Positions 21,678-32,972 are shown, numbered from the stretch's first letter. The stretch is DNA of 64,000 bases from an uncultured bacterium (GCA_963819815.1 CAWFXL010000001.1:1056001-1120000), one strand, 5' to 3'. The notes: generated from the letters alone by a model not told the origin. Numbers and translations: made by a program.

Positions 21678-21888
21678 CGTAATCCTTTACTCAGTGATAT
21701 CATTCAATTGTTTTTTACCTTGGAAGATAGCCCTAGAATTAGGGCATTTTTGTCTATGGGATTGAGTATGCCTTTTTTTTAGCCTTCTGTCAAAACTTTA
21801 TAAAACAAAGAACGATAAATTATTGCAAAAATGAATTGGGGTGGTTTATTATTAAAGCAAGAACAACAAGTTGAACTAGGTGGGACAT

Positions 21889-22485
21889 ATGTTTTTTTTA
21901 TTATTATTGATACAACTATTATGTAGCTCAATGATGTTCGCTCATCAACAATCATTGGAGGAGCTGGACCAACTTTTATTGAGCAAAAGTATCCCTCAAG
22001 CTGATAAGACAAAATATATTGAACCTATGCTATCTTTCGTAAAAAGCCTTGAACATAAAGATGCTATAGATATTACCTTTACCTTACCACTAATAAGGGA
22101 AGGGCATAGCGACACTTTTCTGCCCCTTAATCCATCTATCATAAAAACTGATGGCGGCTATGATATTATTTGTAAGACTACAAATCTTAAGTGTCCTGGT
22201 TATCAGCCAATTATACCTGGAGAAACTCCTAGTATCAGGAATTTTTTCCTCAGGTATGATAAAAATTTTAACCTCTTAAATGAGCAAAAAATGCACATCC
22301 CATCTCATCTTACAGTAAATATAAACGATGCTTGGCAAGTAGAAGATTGCAGAACATTCCATTGGAATGAATCCTACTGGCTCATAGGATGCGCACTTAT
22401 TAAACCTCGTTTGCCCAAAGTAGCTATGCAAATAGTATATCAACCTACTAAACATAGAGCATTTGGCGAAAAAACAAACGCTTGA
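21889..22485 (+). pseudogene. 3'-truncated beta-propeller paralog
   Basis: Highly similar to the N-terminal half of 7110..8204; similarity stops at 'PKVA' (~22425). Confidence 0.75.
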
Positions 22486-22548
22486 TGGCTGTTATTTCTT
22501 TTTTGGAATTAATTTAAACAACTAAACCAAAAAGAGGGGGAACGAATC

Positions 22549-23391
22549 ATGCTGTTAAGATCAGTTTCATGGACATTGCTCGCAATGGGCAGTTTATTTA
22601 CTATGATGGAAACCGAGGCTAATCCGACTAAATTCGTAATACTTATAACATCATACAACAATGAAAAATTTGCAGAAGATAACTTACGGTCAGCCTGCTT
22701 TCAAAAGTCTACATATCCCTACAGGATCATATATGTCAATGATGCTTCTACTGATAGAACCAAGGAAATTGTAGAAAACTTTAGAACCGAACAGAATCTT
22801 TCACACGTGCTTACTGTAATAAACAATGCTACAAATATGAGTGGGATAATGAACTACTATAATGTCATTCATGGGTATATTGATGACGAAGAGATAGTCG
22901 TAAATCTCGACGGAGATGATATTTTAGAAGACAATGTCTTATTAACCTTAGAAAGGTATTATAGTAATCCAGATGTATGGCTAACATATGGATCAGCGCG
23001 CTTCTATCCTGGAGGAGAATTGATACGCAACATGTCCTCCGAATATCCTGAGCATATAATAAAAGAAATGAAATTTAGAGAATACGACTTTTTTGCCCAG
23101 CACTTAAGAACATTTAAAGCCTGGCTATTCAAGAGGTTAAATAAAGACGACTTTTATTATAATGGTCTTCCCATAACTGGAGCACCTGATATGGCCTTTA
23201 TGATCCCTATGCTGGAGATGTGCTGTCCTTATGGTGAAGGAGGGATTAATCATTCAACATTTGTTCCAGAAGTCCTATATAATTATCGAACAACAAACCC
23301 TTTAAGCCAACATATACTTAATCTTCAACGACAAAAAAATGAAGATGATTTCATCCGGTCAAAGAAGCCATATCAACCAATATGTCGATAG
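22549..23391 (+). CDS. GT2 glycosyltransferase (paralog 3)
   Basis: ITSYNN, VNDASTD, LDGDD and AQHLRTFK motifs. Confidence 0.85.
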   Translation: MLLRSVSWTLLAMGSLFTMMETEANPTKFVILITSYNNEKFAEDNLRSACFQKSTYPYRIIYVNDASTDRTKEIVENFRTEQNLSHVLTVINNATNMSGIMNYYNVIHGYIDDEEIVVNLDGDDILEDNVLLTLERYYSNPDVWLTYGSARFYPGGELIRNMSSEYPEHIIKEMKFREYDFFAQHLRTFKAWLFKRLNKDDFYYNGLPITGAPDMAFMIPMLEMCCPYGEGGINHSTFVPEVLYNYRTTNPLSQHILNLQRQKNEDDFIRSKKPYQPICR

Positions 23392-23413
23392 CATTTAGAT
23401 GACTAAATAAATG

Positions 23414-23476
23414 AAAATATCATCGTACCCGCAATATATATCATAAAATGTTGCCCGGGCACGAATGATATTTTTT
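23414..23476 (+). terminator. Long imperfect hairpin with T-tract after GT2
   Basis: AAAATATCATCGTACCCG ... CGGGCACGAATGATATTTT. Confidence 0.45.
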
Positions 23477-23943
23477 GGGTTTTGATTCCAGTGGTCTTTA
23501 TTGAGGGTGAGGTTTAGGTTTTCTGGGCTTAGGGGGGTAAGCCTTTCATATACTGTAAACAATTAAGTTTTGGAAAAGGCATAAATAAATAATAAGGCCA
23601 CATCTCAAATAAAGCATACCTTCCTATATGCAGGTATAGTCTGAGCAACAGAACCCAAGAATTTCAGAAAACGCTATCTCATACTACAAGCAGAAGTAGA
23701 CCAATTAAAGCAACTTTTGTAATACTTATGCAGAAATCCACGAGATACTTGGTACATGATTTGAAAAGCAGAAACATAAAAATAGATTAAATCTTCAGCT
23801 AACTCAGAATACAATGATCTCTAACGGCCTGACATTCTTTCGGCATACTATTGGTTTTGTTTAAATTTAAATACTACCTTAAAATTAAATTACACTTGTC
23901 GATGACCGGCTCTGAAGAAGATCCATAACATGGGAGTCCTTAT

Positions 23944-24000
23944 ATGATACCAAAAATAGCCTTTCTGTTCCTTACAGTTGGGAATGTTTTCCATGAAGGT
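23944..24000 (+). pseudogene. 5' remnant of a second GT14 gene
   Basis: MIPKIAFLFLTVGNVFHE versus MVPKIAFLFLTVGNIFHE of 35248..35985. Confidence 0.7.
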
Positions 24001-24245
24001 CAAGCCTATGGACACTATCGTAATTCTTTTGGTGTTCCAAAATTAAACCTCCATTCGCACTCTTTTATGTACAAATAAAATTGCTTTTGTGGTACACCAT
24101 AAAACGTCTTAAATGCCTTTTGGCTTAGTTCCAAAAATTTTCGATTCCATTGATGTGGTTCTCTTACAAACCCAAAAAAATGCTGCGCTTTCTGGCATTC
24201 AAATTACCAAATTACGGCAAGTTATCATGTACTCCATAAGCTTGG

Positions 24246-25250
24246 TCAATTACTTGTAATCAAAACTTTAAATTTAGTTATATCCGCACTACTATGACGT
24301 ATCTCACCAATTCGTTCAGGCCCAAACGTAAGCACACTAGTAGAATAGGGAAATTGTACCCTAAGATTATCGAGAAGTTCTAGTAAGCTCAAACTTCTAC
24401 CTGTTGCAATGTTAAATACTTCTCCTCGTACTCTTGCGCGGTCATGCATCCCCATCAGCAAATTAGCCTCCGCTACTTGTTCTACATGGACAAAATCCCG
24501 GGTTTGTAAGCCATCTCCGAAAATGGTAATCGGTTTATTTTCTCTTAATTGAGCAGTAAAACGAGCAACAACCGCTGCATAATCCCCTCGGGGACTTTGA
24601 CGCGGCCCATACACATTAAAATACCTCAATATAACAGTATCAATACCATAGTTTAAGGCATATTGCTTACACAAATATTCACCTATCAGTTTTGAAAATC
24701 CATACGGAGAAATAGGATTCGTGGGGGTGTGTTCAGAGCAACATCCCTCAGTAAGACCGTACACTGCAGCGGAAGAGGAAAAAATGAATCGGGGCACAGC
24801 ATTAATTCTTGCAGCCTCAAGGAGATTCGAGAGACCATCAATATTCACTTGGAAGCACTGCATAGGTTGTTCAATAGATTGCGGTACAGAAATAAAAGCC
24901 GCTAGATGAAAAACAATATGCTGACCATGTGTCGCCTCCAAACAAGCATCCATATTACAAATATCTGCAGTAAGTAAGCGCACTCGCCCTTTACACGTTT
25001 GGATGTTTTCAATAGAACCAGTCGCAAGATTATCAAGAATGGTTATATTAGCTCCTAAGTCAAGAAGTTTTTCACAAATATGCGACCCTATAAAACCACA
25101 CCCGCCAGTCACCAAAACATTCTTATCGTGATAAAACTCTTGCACCTCTTTCTTAAGAGATCCAGGCAACTCAAGACGAGGCTGAATAGCCCCTTCAAGA
25201 GATATAACAAATAGACATATGCATGAAATTGCAGAGAAATGTTGCTTCAT
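24246..25250 (-). CDS. NAD-dependent nucleotide-sugar epimerase/dehydratase (WbpP/GalE-like) with signal-like extension
   Basis: TGGCGFIG, HLAA, SSSAAVYG, YGFSK, RYFNVYGP and GDGLQTRDF motifs. Confidence 0.9.
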   Translation of the reverse strand: MKQHFSAISCICLFVISLEGAIQPRLELPGSLKKEVQEFYHDKNVLVTGGCGFIGSHICEKLLDLGANITILDNLATGSIENIQTCKGRVRLLTADICNMDACLEATHGQHIVFHLAAFISVPQSIEQPMQCFQVNIDGLSNLLEAARINAVPRFIFSSSAAVYGLTEGCCSEHTPTNPISPYGFSKLIGEYLCKQYALNYGIDTVILRYFNVYGPRQSPRGDYAAVVARFTAQLRENKPITIFGDGLQTRDFVHVEQVAEANLLMGMHDRARVRGEVFNIATGRSLSLLELLDNLRVQFPYSTSVLTFGPERIGEIRHSSADITKFKVLITSN

Positions 25251-25625
25251 GAATACTCTTCTCTCTTTTGGCACAGGCAATTAGGTAAAAAGTGTTAGCA
25301 CTATTAAAATTTTATTAATAATAGCACTAAAAAGTCAAGGTTAATCCTTCGAACCTCTGCACACACTAGAAATAGCGTTATAGAACGCAACTCCCATTGA
25401 AGCATTTCTTGAAAACAAGCTTGCTCATACTATCACCTTATTATGCAACATGAGCGCTCGCTGATTGATAATATTAAAGCTTTTTCAAGATCATTCTGTT
25501 TAACTGAAGGAAGCGAAATACGAGTCACATTAACAAATTTATAACAAACTCTTGTATTTTCAAAAATCTGCATGCTAGTATTGTGGCGATCTAAAAAAAG
25601 TATCGTACAAAAAAGGGAGATCCAA

Positions 25626-26867
25626 ATGAAATTACGTGCTTGTATCAGCCTTCTCATACTTACAATCAGTTCATCACTACTTGCAACTACCCAACCCATG
25701 CTCGTGGTGCTTATTATGGCTAAAGATGAACATCAGGTTATTATTCCTACCCTTGATACCTACCTTTCTGCAGATATAAAAGTAGGTAAACCTGACTCTG
25801 GAGAAGTTGCTTATATACTCTATGATACAGGTTCAACTGATGGCACTGACCTCCTTGCTCAAAAGTTTTTTAAAGAAAAAAAAATCACTCACTATCGCAT
25901 AGAAAAGGAGCCCTTCATTAACTTTGCAGAATCTCGCAATAGGGCACTTTCGATTGCTAGACAAGCATATCCACAGTCAACCTTCATCCTCTTTCCCGAC
26001 GCAGAATGGTACATGCATGGGTTTGATGAGCTGCTTACCTTTTGTAGACAAAAAATTGCAGAATATGAGACCGGAGTGATCCCCCCTCCCTATTATAATC
26101 TCCGTATGGAGAGACCAGATTGTTATGTCTCACTCACTTCGCGTCTCTTTTTAACCGATGACTCTGTGGAATTTGAAGGGAGAGTCCATGAGTGCCCTAC
26201 CAAAAGTTCCAATATTCAGGTACCTCCAGAGATGTATTTCGAAATTGGATCGAGCAAATTCGGCAATGACAAGAGTAAGAACCGCTGGTACCGCGATCGA
26301 AACCTCCTATTGCAAGATCTTCAAGAAAATCCTAACAACTCTCGTTCAACACTTTATTTAGGACTCACCGAGAAATGGCTCGGACATAACGAAATTGCCT
26401 ACATTTATTTAAAAAAGCGTATCCTTTTGCCGGCATTTCCTGAGGAAGACTATTACGTGCTTTTTAACCTTGCAGAAGTAACAAAACTGCTTAGCGAAAA
26501 CGATCCGGAGAACTATACTTGGGAAGAAGCTCTTGGCTATTATATACAGGCCTATGAAATGCGCCCCCATCGAGCAGAACCTCTTATAAGACTTGCAGAA
26601 CATTATTTATACAAAGGAAACTACGCCGTTAGTTATCTTTTTATTAAAAGAGCAACTGAGCTTCCCCTACCCGTAATTGAACAAGAAATGTTACCCTTCG
26701 ATGTTGAGGAGTATACCTATTACCGTTGGCAACTCTTAAGCCAAGTCGCCTGGTATGTAGGTGAATTTCAAATAGGAGAAGCTGCCGTGAAAAAAGCAAT
26801 CGAAGAACGACCAAACCTCCCATTCTTATATAGTGACCTTGCATGTTACTGGGAACGTACTCGATAA
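25626..26867 (+). CDS. GT2-TPR glycosyltransferase (SunS / flagellin-glycosyltransferase-like architecture)
   Basis: IMAKDE, YDTGSTDGT, FINFAESRNRAL, PDAE and GRVHE motifs, then helical TPR-like repeats (RPHRAEPL). Confidence 0.8.
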   Translation: MKLRACISLLILTISSSLLATTQPMLVVLIMAKDEHQVIIPTLDTYLSADIKVGKPDSGEVAYILYDTGSTDGTDLLAQKFFKEKKITHYRIEKEPFINFAESRNRALSIARQAYPQSTFILFPDAEWYMHGFDELLTFCRQKIAEYETGVIPPPYYNLRMERPDCYVSLTSRLFLTDDSVEFEGRVHECPTKSSNIQVPPEMYFEIGSSKFGNDKSKNRWYRDRNLLLQDLQENPNNSRSTLYLGLTEKWLGHNEIAYIYLKKRILLPAFPEEDYYVLFNLAEVTKLLSENDPENYTWEEALGYYIQAYEMRPHRAEPLIRLAEHYLYKGNYAVSYLFIKRATELPLPVIEQEMLPFDVEEYTYYRWQLLSQVAWYVGEFQIGEAAVKKAIEERPNLPFLYSDLACYWERTR

Positions 26868-26884
26868 CAAAAAAGGACCTTTTC

Positions 26885-27781
26885 ATGAATCGATTTTTTG
26901 CGAGCATTGTTCTAACAGGATTTGCAACGGCTGCCTATGGGATACCTCGTATGCCCCAAAGATCAGAAGCACCAGAGTTTGTCGTACTGGTTACCTCTTA
27001 TAATAATGAAAAATATATAGAAAAGAACCTTGACTCAATCTTCTGTCAACGTTCCTCAAAGCCATTTCTGACGATATATGTGAATGATGGCTCAAAAGAT
27101 GGCACGGAAGCTAAACTTGATGAGTACGCACAGAAGCATCATCTTGATGAATCACAGTTCCTCATAATTAATAACAAGGTACAGCTTGGATCGGGCATTG
27201 CCAACATTTATACTACGGTACATAACCTCATAGAAGATCATAAAGTGGTCGTTTGTGTCGACGGTGATGATTACTTGTCCTTCTCGGGAGTATTAGAGCG
27301 ACTTGAAAAGGAATACGCTAACCCTGACGTCTGGATGACCTATGGGAGATTTGTGGTATACCCTGCAGGAGAATTCTGGTCACTCACCTGGGGCTATGAT
27401 GATGAGGTGATACGTAATCGAAGCTTTAGACAGCATGAAAATGTTCCCTCTCATTTAAAAACCTTCAGGGCAAAGCTGTTTAAACAGATTAAGAAAGAGG
27501 ACCTTACTGACGAAGAGACGGGTACCTTCTATACAAAAACCTGGGATATGGCGATGTTCTTTCCTATGCTTGAAATGTGTGCGCCAAAAGACCCAGATGG
27601 TATAAATCACAGCCGCTTTATTGAAGATACGGTACTGTACATCTATAACTTTGCTAACCCGATCGGTGATGCACAGAATAACGGACGAGAAGAACAGATT
27701 CGTCTTGATAGAATTATTCGCGCAAAACCTTCTTATGAATCACTTGAGACATTATTTGACGAGCAAGAGGATCCCTTATGA
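26885..27781 (+). CDS. GT2 glycosyltransferase (paralog 4)
   Basis: VTSYNN, VNDGSKD, VDGDD and HLKTFR motifs. Confidence 0.85.
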   Translation: MNRFFASIVLTGFATAAYGIPRMPQRSEAPEFVVLVTSYNNEKYIEKNLDSIFCQRSSKPFLTIYVNDGSKDGTEAKLDEYAQKHHLDESQFLIINNKVQLGSGIANIYTTVHNLIEDHKVVVCVDGDDYLSFSGVLERLEKEYANPDVWMTYGRFVVYPAGEFWSLTWGYDDEVIRNRSFRQHENVPSHLKTFRAKLFKQIKKEDLTDEETGTFYTKTWDMAMFFPMLEMCAPKDPDGINHSRFIEDTVLYIYNFANPIGDAQNNGREEQIRLDRIIRAKPSYESLETLFDEQEDPL

Positions 27782-28620
27782 AAAGACTTTTAATCTGTTT
27801 AGCGCTCACTTTTACACTCCTGGGAAAACAAAGTTCTCTTGAATTTGTCTTTGTTATTCCTTCTTATAATAATGCAAAGTATGCGCGATGGAATCTTGAA
27901 TCCCTGATTAACCAACGAACCACCAATAGCACCTACTCAATTATTGTCGTTAATGATTGTTCCCGTGATACTACCGGACAAATCTTAGAGGACTTTAAAA
28001 AGGAACATGGGCTTAGTGATTCATTCTTAAAAATTATCCATAATCCAGTACGTATAGGTGCCCTAGCGAACATCTATACTACAATTCACAACCACTGCAA
28101 GGATCATCAGATAGTTGTGCTCGTTGATGGTGATGATGCCCTGCCTCATAACAATATTATTAATCGTCTTGAAAAAGAGTATGCTCAGGACATTTGGATG
28201 ACCTATGGCCAGTTTATTTTCTTTCCCTGTTGGCCAACAGGGCGCCAATGGGGCACTACCTACGAGATAGACCATGAGGATCAGGTAAACAAAAACATCC
28301 GCTCATTGGTATATGTTGCACAGCACTTGAGAACTTTTAAGGTATCCCTCTTTAAAAAAATTAAGAAAGAGGATCTTATGCTTAATGGATCATTTTATCA
28401 GATGAACGCAGATATGGCGATCATGCTACCGATGCTTGAAATGGCTGCTCCACTCACCCCTCATGCAAAAAGCCGAAGTCTCTTCATCCCAGATATTATG
28501 TATATCTATAACTGCAGCAATCCAATTAATGACCATAAAGTTGATGAATCATTACAGATCTCTCTTGAAGAGGTAATTCGCGCAATCCCGCCCTATGATC
28601 CTCTTAAAGCTCTTGAGTAA
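27778..28620 (+). CDS. GT2 glycosyltransferase (paralog 5)
   Basis: IPSYNN, VNDCSRD, VDGDD and AQHLRTFK motifs. Confidence 0.85.
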   Translation: MKRLLICLALTFTLLGKQSSLEFVFVIPSYNNAKYARWNLESLINQRTTNSTYSIIVVNDCSRDTTGQILEDFKKEHGLSDSFLKIIHNPVRIGALANIYTTIHNHCKDHQIVVLVDGDDALPHNNIINRLEKEYAQDIWMTYGQFIFFPCWPTGRQWGTTYEIDHEDQVNKNIRSLVYVAQHLRTFKVSLFKKIKKEDLMLNGSFYQMNADMAIMLPMLEMAAPLTPHAKSRSLFIPDIMYIYNCSNPINDHKVDESLQISLEEVIRAIPPYDPLKALE

Positions 28621-28631
28621 AAGGAAAGATA

Positions 28632-29993
28632 ATGAAGTACTTACTCTTTTTTTTATTACTGTTTTTTCCAAGTCTCTATGCAAGAACCAATGAGGGTAAT
28701 AAAGGCGCTCATCAGGAAGTTAATCTAATTGATGGGCTCACGGTGTCTAAAAACCGTATTGATATACAGATTAATGAAGGCTTTAAGAAAAAGTTTCTTA
28801 AAAAGGACTTTTTTGCAGTCTATGATGAGGATCTTGATCTATCACAGCTTGATTCATCATTGCTCGTACTACCTTTTGTCTCAAACGTAATCTCTATTAT
28901 CTGGATTTCAGGGAGAACCTTCTATATCGACTTCTTAGATCAAGATTTTTATGAATCTCTTACAAAAGTTAAAGAAGTCTTTAAAAGAATGTACCCTCAC
29001 ACAAAATGGAATGGGCAACTTATTCCCCGAAAACTCGTAAAAAACAATTTCCGCTTTCTCTCAAAACCTGGCGAAAATGAACGAACCGCGTTATTGTTTA
29101 GCGGCGGTCTAGATTCTATTACTTCATCGCTGTACCACAGAGAGAAAAAACAGCTCCTTATAACTGTTAACGGTCACTGGGACCTTCCTCTATGGGATAA
29201 GCATCTACTTCAAGAGCGTAAAAAAGATCTGATGGCGTGGGGCACACAGTATGGCCATGAGAATTCGTTTATCAATTCTAATTATTATGATTTTCTTAAC
29301 AGAGATGTCCTCGATTGGTACTCCCATGAGATTACCTCATGGCGTATTTTTTGCGTAGAAGGTATCGGCTGGGCAGGGCTTGCAGCCCCTATAATGGCGC
29401 TTAAGGGGTATCCTAGCTTACTGCATGGATCCACGATCACCTGGGATTTTAATTTCCCAGCATGCGCAAATCCATTTGTAGATAACAATATTAGGTTTGG
29501 TGGCATGCGACTTAAGCATGATCTTTTTGATATGAATAGACTCGGAAAATGTGAATTCATTGCCAGTCTTAGAAAAGCAGGACTCATTACGACGCCTACT
29601 ATCAGAGTCTGTGAAGAAAAATCGGTCGACAACTGTGGTACCTGTCAAAAGTGCATCCGCACCATCATTGAGCTGGTAGTCGCTGGGGAAGACCCAAGGC
29701 CTTATGGTTTTGCTTGCGATGTCGAAAAAGTATTACGCAATTCTGAGAGATTCATGAAAAGCCATGGTACCGGAGCAACCACCGTCTGGCATTTTATGCA
29801 TATTCAAAAACGGCTGCAAGAAAAGGCCGCACATAAGGAAAAAATCCCCGAATCTCTAACCTGGCTCCTTAAGGTTAACCTTAAAAAGAAGCTTACCACC
29901 GAAATAGAGAATCAGCATAAACTAGATTGGCGAGATTTTGTTGATCTATTGCCAGACATTGAGGTTCCTGAAACTGTTGATCTAGCATTTTAA
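28632..29993 (+). CDS. PP-loop ATP-pyrophosphatase-fold protein with C-terminal Cys cluster (paralog 1)
   Basis: LLFSGGLDS; VC...NCGTCQKC; signal-like N-terminus. Confidence 0.7.
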   Translation: MKYLLFFLLLFFPSLYARTNEGNKGAHQEVNLIDGLTVSKNRIDIQINEGFKKKFLKKDFFAVYDEDLDLSQLDSSLLVLPFVSNVISIIWISGRTFYIDFLDQDFYESLTKVKEVFKRMYPHTKWNGQLIPRKLVKNNFRFLSKPGENERTALLFSGGLDSITSSLYHREKKQLLITVNGHWDLPLWDKHLLQERKKDLMAWGTQYGHENSFINSNYYDFLNRDVLDWYSHEITSWRIFCVEGIGWAGLAAPIMALKGYPSLLHGSTITWDFNFPACANPFVDNNIRFGGMRLKHDLFDMNRLGKCEFIASLRKAGLITTPTIRVCEEKSVDNCGTCQKCIRTIIELVVAGEDPRPYGFACDVEKVLRNSERFMKSHGTGATTVWHFMHIQKRLQEKAAHKEKIPESLTWLLKVNLKKKLTTEIENQHKLDWRDFVDLLPDIEVPETVDLAF

Positions 29994-30001
29994 GGAAAAC
30001 T

Positions 30002-31324
30002 ATGAATAGATTGCTCACGGCGATGATACTCTTAAATTGCTCACTCGATGCAAAAGACCTTATCACTGAGATCTCGGTTACTAAGAACCGTCTTTCGATA
30101 CGAGTAAACAAGGAGTTTAAAAAAAAGTATCTTACCGGAGACTTTTTTGTTGAATATGAGCCTGATATAAGCCTCGAGAAGTTTGATTACTCGATCCTCA
30201 GTATGCCCTTTCTTATGAATGTAGTTTCTATTGTCTGGATCTCAGGCGAAACCTACTATCTGGATGAGATGGATGCCGAACTCTATGAATCACTCAAACG
30301 GGTAAAGAAAGTCTTTGAGGTTATGTATCCAAAAACTTCGTGGCATGGTGAACTCAAAGCTCGCAAGCTGGTGCCACATCAAAGACCCTTTTCTGAAGAT
30401 CCCACGACAACGGCTGTCCTTTTTAGTGGAGGTGTCGATTCTGTTTCTGCAGCACTAGGACTTCGAAATAAGAAACTGCTCCTTATCACCGCATGGGGTC
30501 ATTGGGATCTTCCGCTTTCAAATAAGGACCTTTGGAAAACTCGTTCCCGAAAAATTCAGGAACTTGGAGAGAGTTTCGGTAATAGAACAACATCCCTACG
30601 TTCAAATTATACTTCTATGCTGAACTACCAGTATCTCTCACAACTTTCTCCTGAGATACCTAAGTGGCGCCTCGGCGCTGTTGAAGGGCTTGGCTGGGCA
30701 GGCTTAACTGCTCCTATTCTTTTATCTAAAGGGATTACCACCCTCCACATTGCTTCTTCACATACCTGGTGCTATCCCTATCCATCTGCAGCAAGCCCCT
30801 TCATAGATAACAATCTGAGATTTTGTGGACTAAGAGTACTACATGATCAATTCAACCTCACCAGACTTCAAAAAGTAGCCTATATCGATGCGGTATATAA
30901 TAAGCTTGACTTAGAAAAGCCCTTTTTAAAAATATGTAGCTATGAAAAGTCTCAGGATGGCAACTGCCAGGAATGCCGGAAGTGCTTAACCACAATTCTC
31001 TGCTTTGAAGCGCTTGGCATCGATCCTTGCCAGTACGGGCTTCCAAACAGCGCTGGCATCTCACAGAAGATTCTTGCCTTGTTTAAAGAACCTAAGCTTA
31101 ATTACTACACGATCGTACTTGGTAAAGAAATTCAAGAGACTATATATAAATGCAAGGCTCAAGGAGTTTCTCTTGATCTCTATCTTGAAAAGTTTCTGAC
31201 TATTAATTTTGATACCAAAGTTGCTTTCGATATAGCACCACAAGCCAAACTGGATTGGTCAACTATGATCTCTCTTCTTCCTCAAGATCATGGCCTTGAA
31301 ATACCTCAGATGACCTGCTCATGA
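30002..31324 (+). CDS. PP-loop protein (paralog 2)
   Basis: VLFSGGVDS; IC...NCQECRKC. Confidence 0.7.
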   Translation: MNRLLTAMILLNCSLDAKDLITEISVTKNRLSIRVNKEFKKKYLTGDFFVEYEPDISLEKFDYSILSMPFLMNVVSIVWISGETYYLDEMDAELYESLKRVKKVFEVMYPKTSWHGELKARKLVPHQRPFSEDPTTTAVLFSGGVDSVSAALGLRNKKLLLITAWGHWDLPLSNKDLWKTRSRKIQELGESFGNRTTSLRSNYTSMLNYQYLSQLSPEIPKWRLGAVEGLGWAGLTAPILLSKGITTLHIASSHTWCYPYPSAASPFIDNNLRFCGLRVLHDQFNLTRLQKVAYIDAVYNKLDLEKPFLKICSYEKSQDGNCQECRKCLTTILCFEALGIDPCQYGLPNSAGISQKILALFKEPKLNYYTIVLGKEIQETIYKCKAQGVSLDLYLEKFLTINFDTKVAFDIAPQAKLDWSTMISLLPQDHGLEIPQMTCS

Positions 31325-32616
31325 AGAACAATCGAAGAGGTATCCTAATCATACCTATTCTCATTGCGTTCCCATCTTTGCATGCTCACAAGCCAATACC
31401 GCTCATTGACAAGCTCACGGTTCATAAGAACCGAATCGACGTAACCGTCAATGAAAGCTTTAAAAAGAAGTATTTAAAAAGTGATTTTTTTGTTGAGTAT
31501 GACGAAGATATTAATCTTGAACAGTTTGATTACTCAATTGTCAGCCTACCCTTCCTTATGAATGTGCTCTCGCTTATATGGATCTCAGGGGAAGACTATC
31601 TCATTGAAGAAATGGACAGGGAAGTATATGAGTCTCTTGAGCGACTTCATCCTGTGTTTGAGATTATGTTCCCTAAAACCTCTTGGAAAGGACATCTTAT
31701 TCCCCAAAAGCTCGTTTCCCATGAACCTGTCAAAGAAAAAGTTCCCGGAAAAATAGCATTACTTTTTAGTGGTGGTGTAGATTCGACAACTTCTTCATTC
31801 TATCATCGCAAGACTCCACAGCTCTTAATTACCGCATGGGGCCAAAGCGAGCTTCCTCTTAACGAGCAAACACTTTGGACGAGGAAAAAGCACCAGATGA
31901 TCGATTTTGCAGAACTCTATGGCCATGAAAATGCTTTCCTCAAGTCGAATTACTATTACTTTCTTGATTTAACCAAACTGAAACACCTTTCGCCTGAGAT
32001 ACTCACTTGGCGGATGGATACTATTGAAGATATAGGTTGGGCTGGTCTTATTGCTCCAATACTTCTATCACACGGGATCAGAACGCTTCGAATAGCCTCG
32101 TCGGAGCATTGGAGTCTAAGAAACCCTTCCGCTTCCCACCCGTACATTGATGGCAATATACGCTTTGCAGGACTTGAGTTCCAGCATGACCTCTTCTCAA
32201 TGACTCGCTTTGAAAAAATTAAGTATATAGTCGATCTCTGTAACCAAGGCCTCGTACAAAAGCCCAAGCTCATTATCTGCCAGAAGCCAGGTAATATTAT
32301 AACCTGTGGTTCATGCGAAAAGTGTTGTCTTACCCTTGCATTACTCCTCAGTACTGGAGCTAATCCGCAAGAATATGGATTCTCTCTTTCTCCCGAGAGA
32401 GCTGCTGACCGCGTACAAAAATACCTTGCCAAGCACACCTCTTTTCTCGCTCCAAACCTTTGGGACTACAAAGATCTTCAAAAAAGAATCTTACCAAACT
32501 CGAATGAGCATCTTTCCTGGCTCAAAAATATCGATTTCTCAAAGAAGGTAGTTTTTGCAAAGGACTCATCTCCCATAAACTGGGATACATTAAGTGTCTT
32601 ATTTCCTCATATATGA
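31321..32616 (+). CDS. PP-loop protein (paralog 3)
   Basis: LLFSGGVDS; IC...TCGSCEKC. Confidence 0.7.
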   Translation: MKNNRRGILIIPILIAFPSLHAHKPIPLIDKLTVHKNRIDVTVNESFKKKYLKSDFFVEYDEDINLEQFDYSIVSLPFLMNVLSLIWISGEDYLIEEMDREVYESLERLHPVFEIMFPKTSWKGHLIPQKLVSHEPVKEKVPGKIALLFSGGVDSTTSSFYHRKTPQLLITAWGQSELPLNEQTLWTRKKHQMIDFAELYGHENAFLKSNYYYFLDLTKLKHLSPEILTWRMDTIEDIGWAGLIAPILLSHGIRTLRIASSEHWSLRNPSASHPYIDGNIRFAGLEFQHDLFSMTRFEKIKYIVDLCNQGLVQKPKLIICQKPGNIITCGSCEKCCLTLALLLSTGANPQEYGFSLSPERAADRVQKYLAKHTSFLAPNLWDYKDLQKRILPNSNEHLSWLKNIDFSKKVVFAKDSSPINWDTLSVLFPHI

Positions 32617-32972
32617 GAAGATTTAAGATACTGGGTTATCTGGCTGTAGTGTTGCCTGTCTTCGTATATGTACCAAAGTAATTTGTCCTCTAATATTCGG
32701 GTTTAGGCACCTTTGCTATCTCCCCTTAAGGGAATGTGCGCGAGGCTTCCTAGCTTCCAGTTTCTGGCGGTGCCGCTCGTATTCTTTTCAGCATGCTTTG
32801 CTTGGGTCTGGATAAGCTGCCATTATTGCTTTTTACTAAATAATCCTATTGATAAATCACAATTTTATAAAACTCTTGTTTGCGAATAAAACTATCAGCT
32901 ATAATGATAGCATCATAACCACAACAGTGGAAAGAGGTTAGACATGCTCAAAGCTAAGCACGGGAGAAGTTT

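Noticed and set aside
23414..23476. Integron attC site
   Set aside because: Lacks RYYYAAC/GTTRRRY boxes, and there is no integrase or cassette array.
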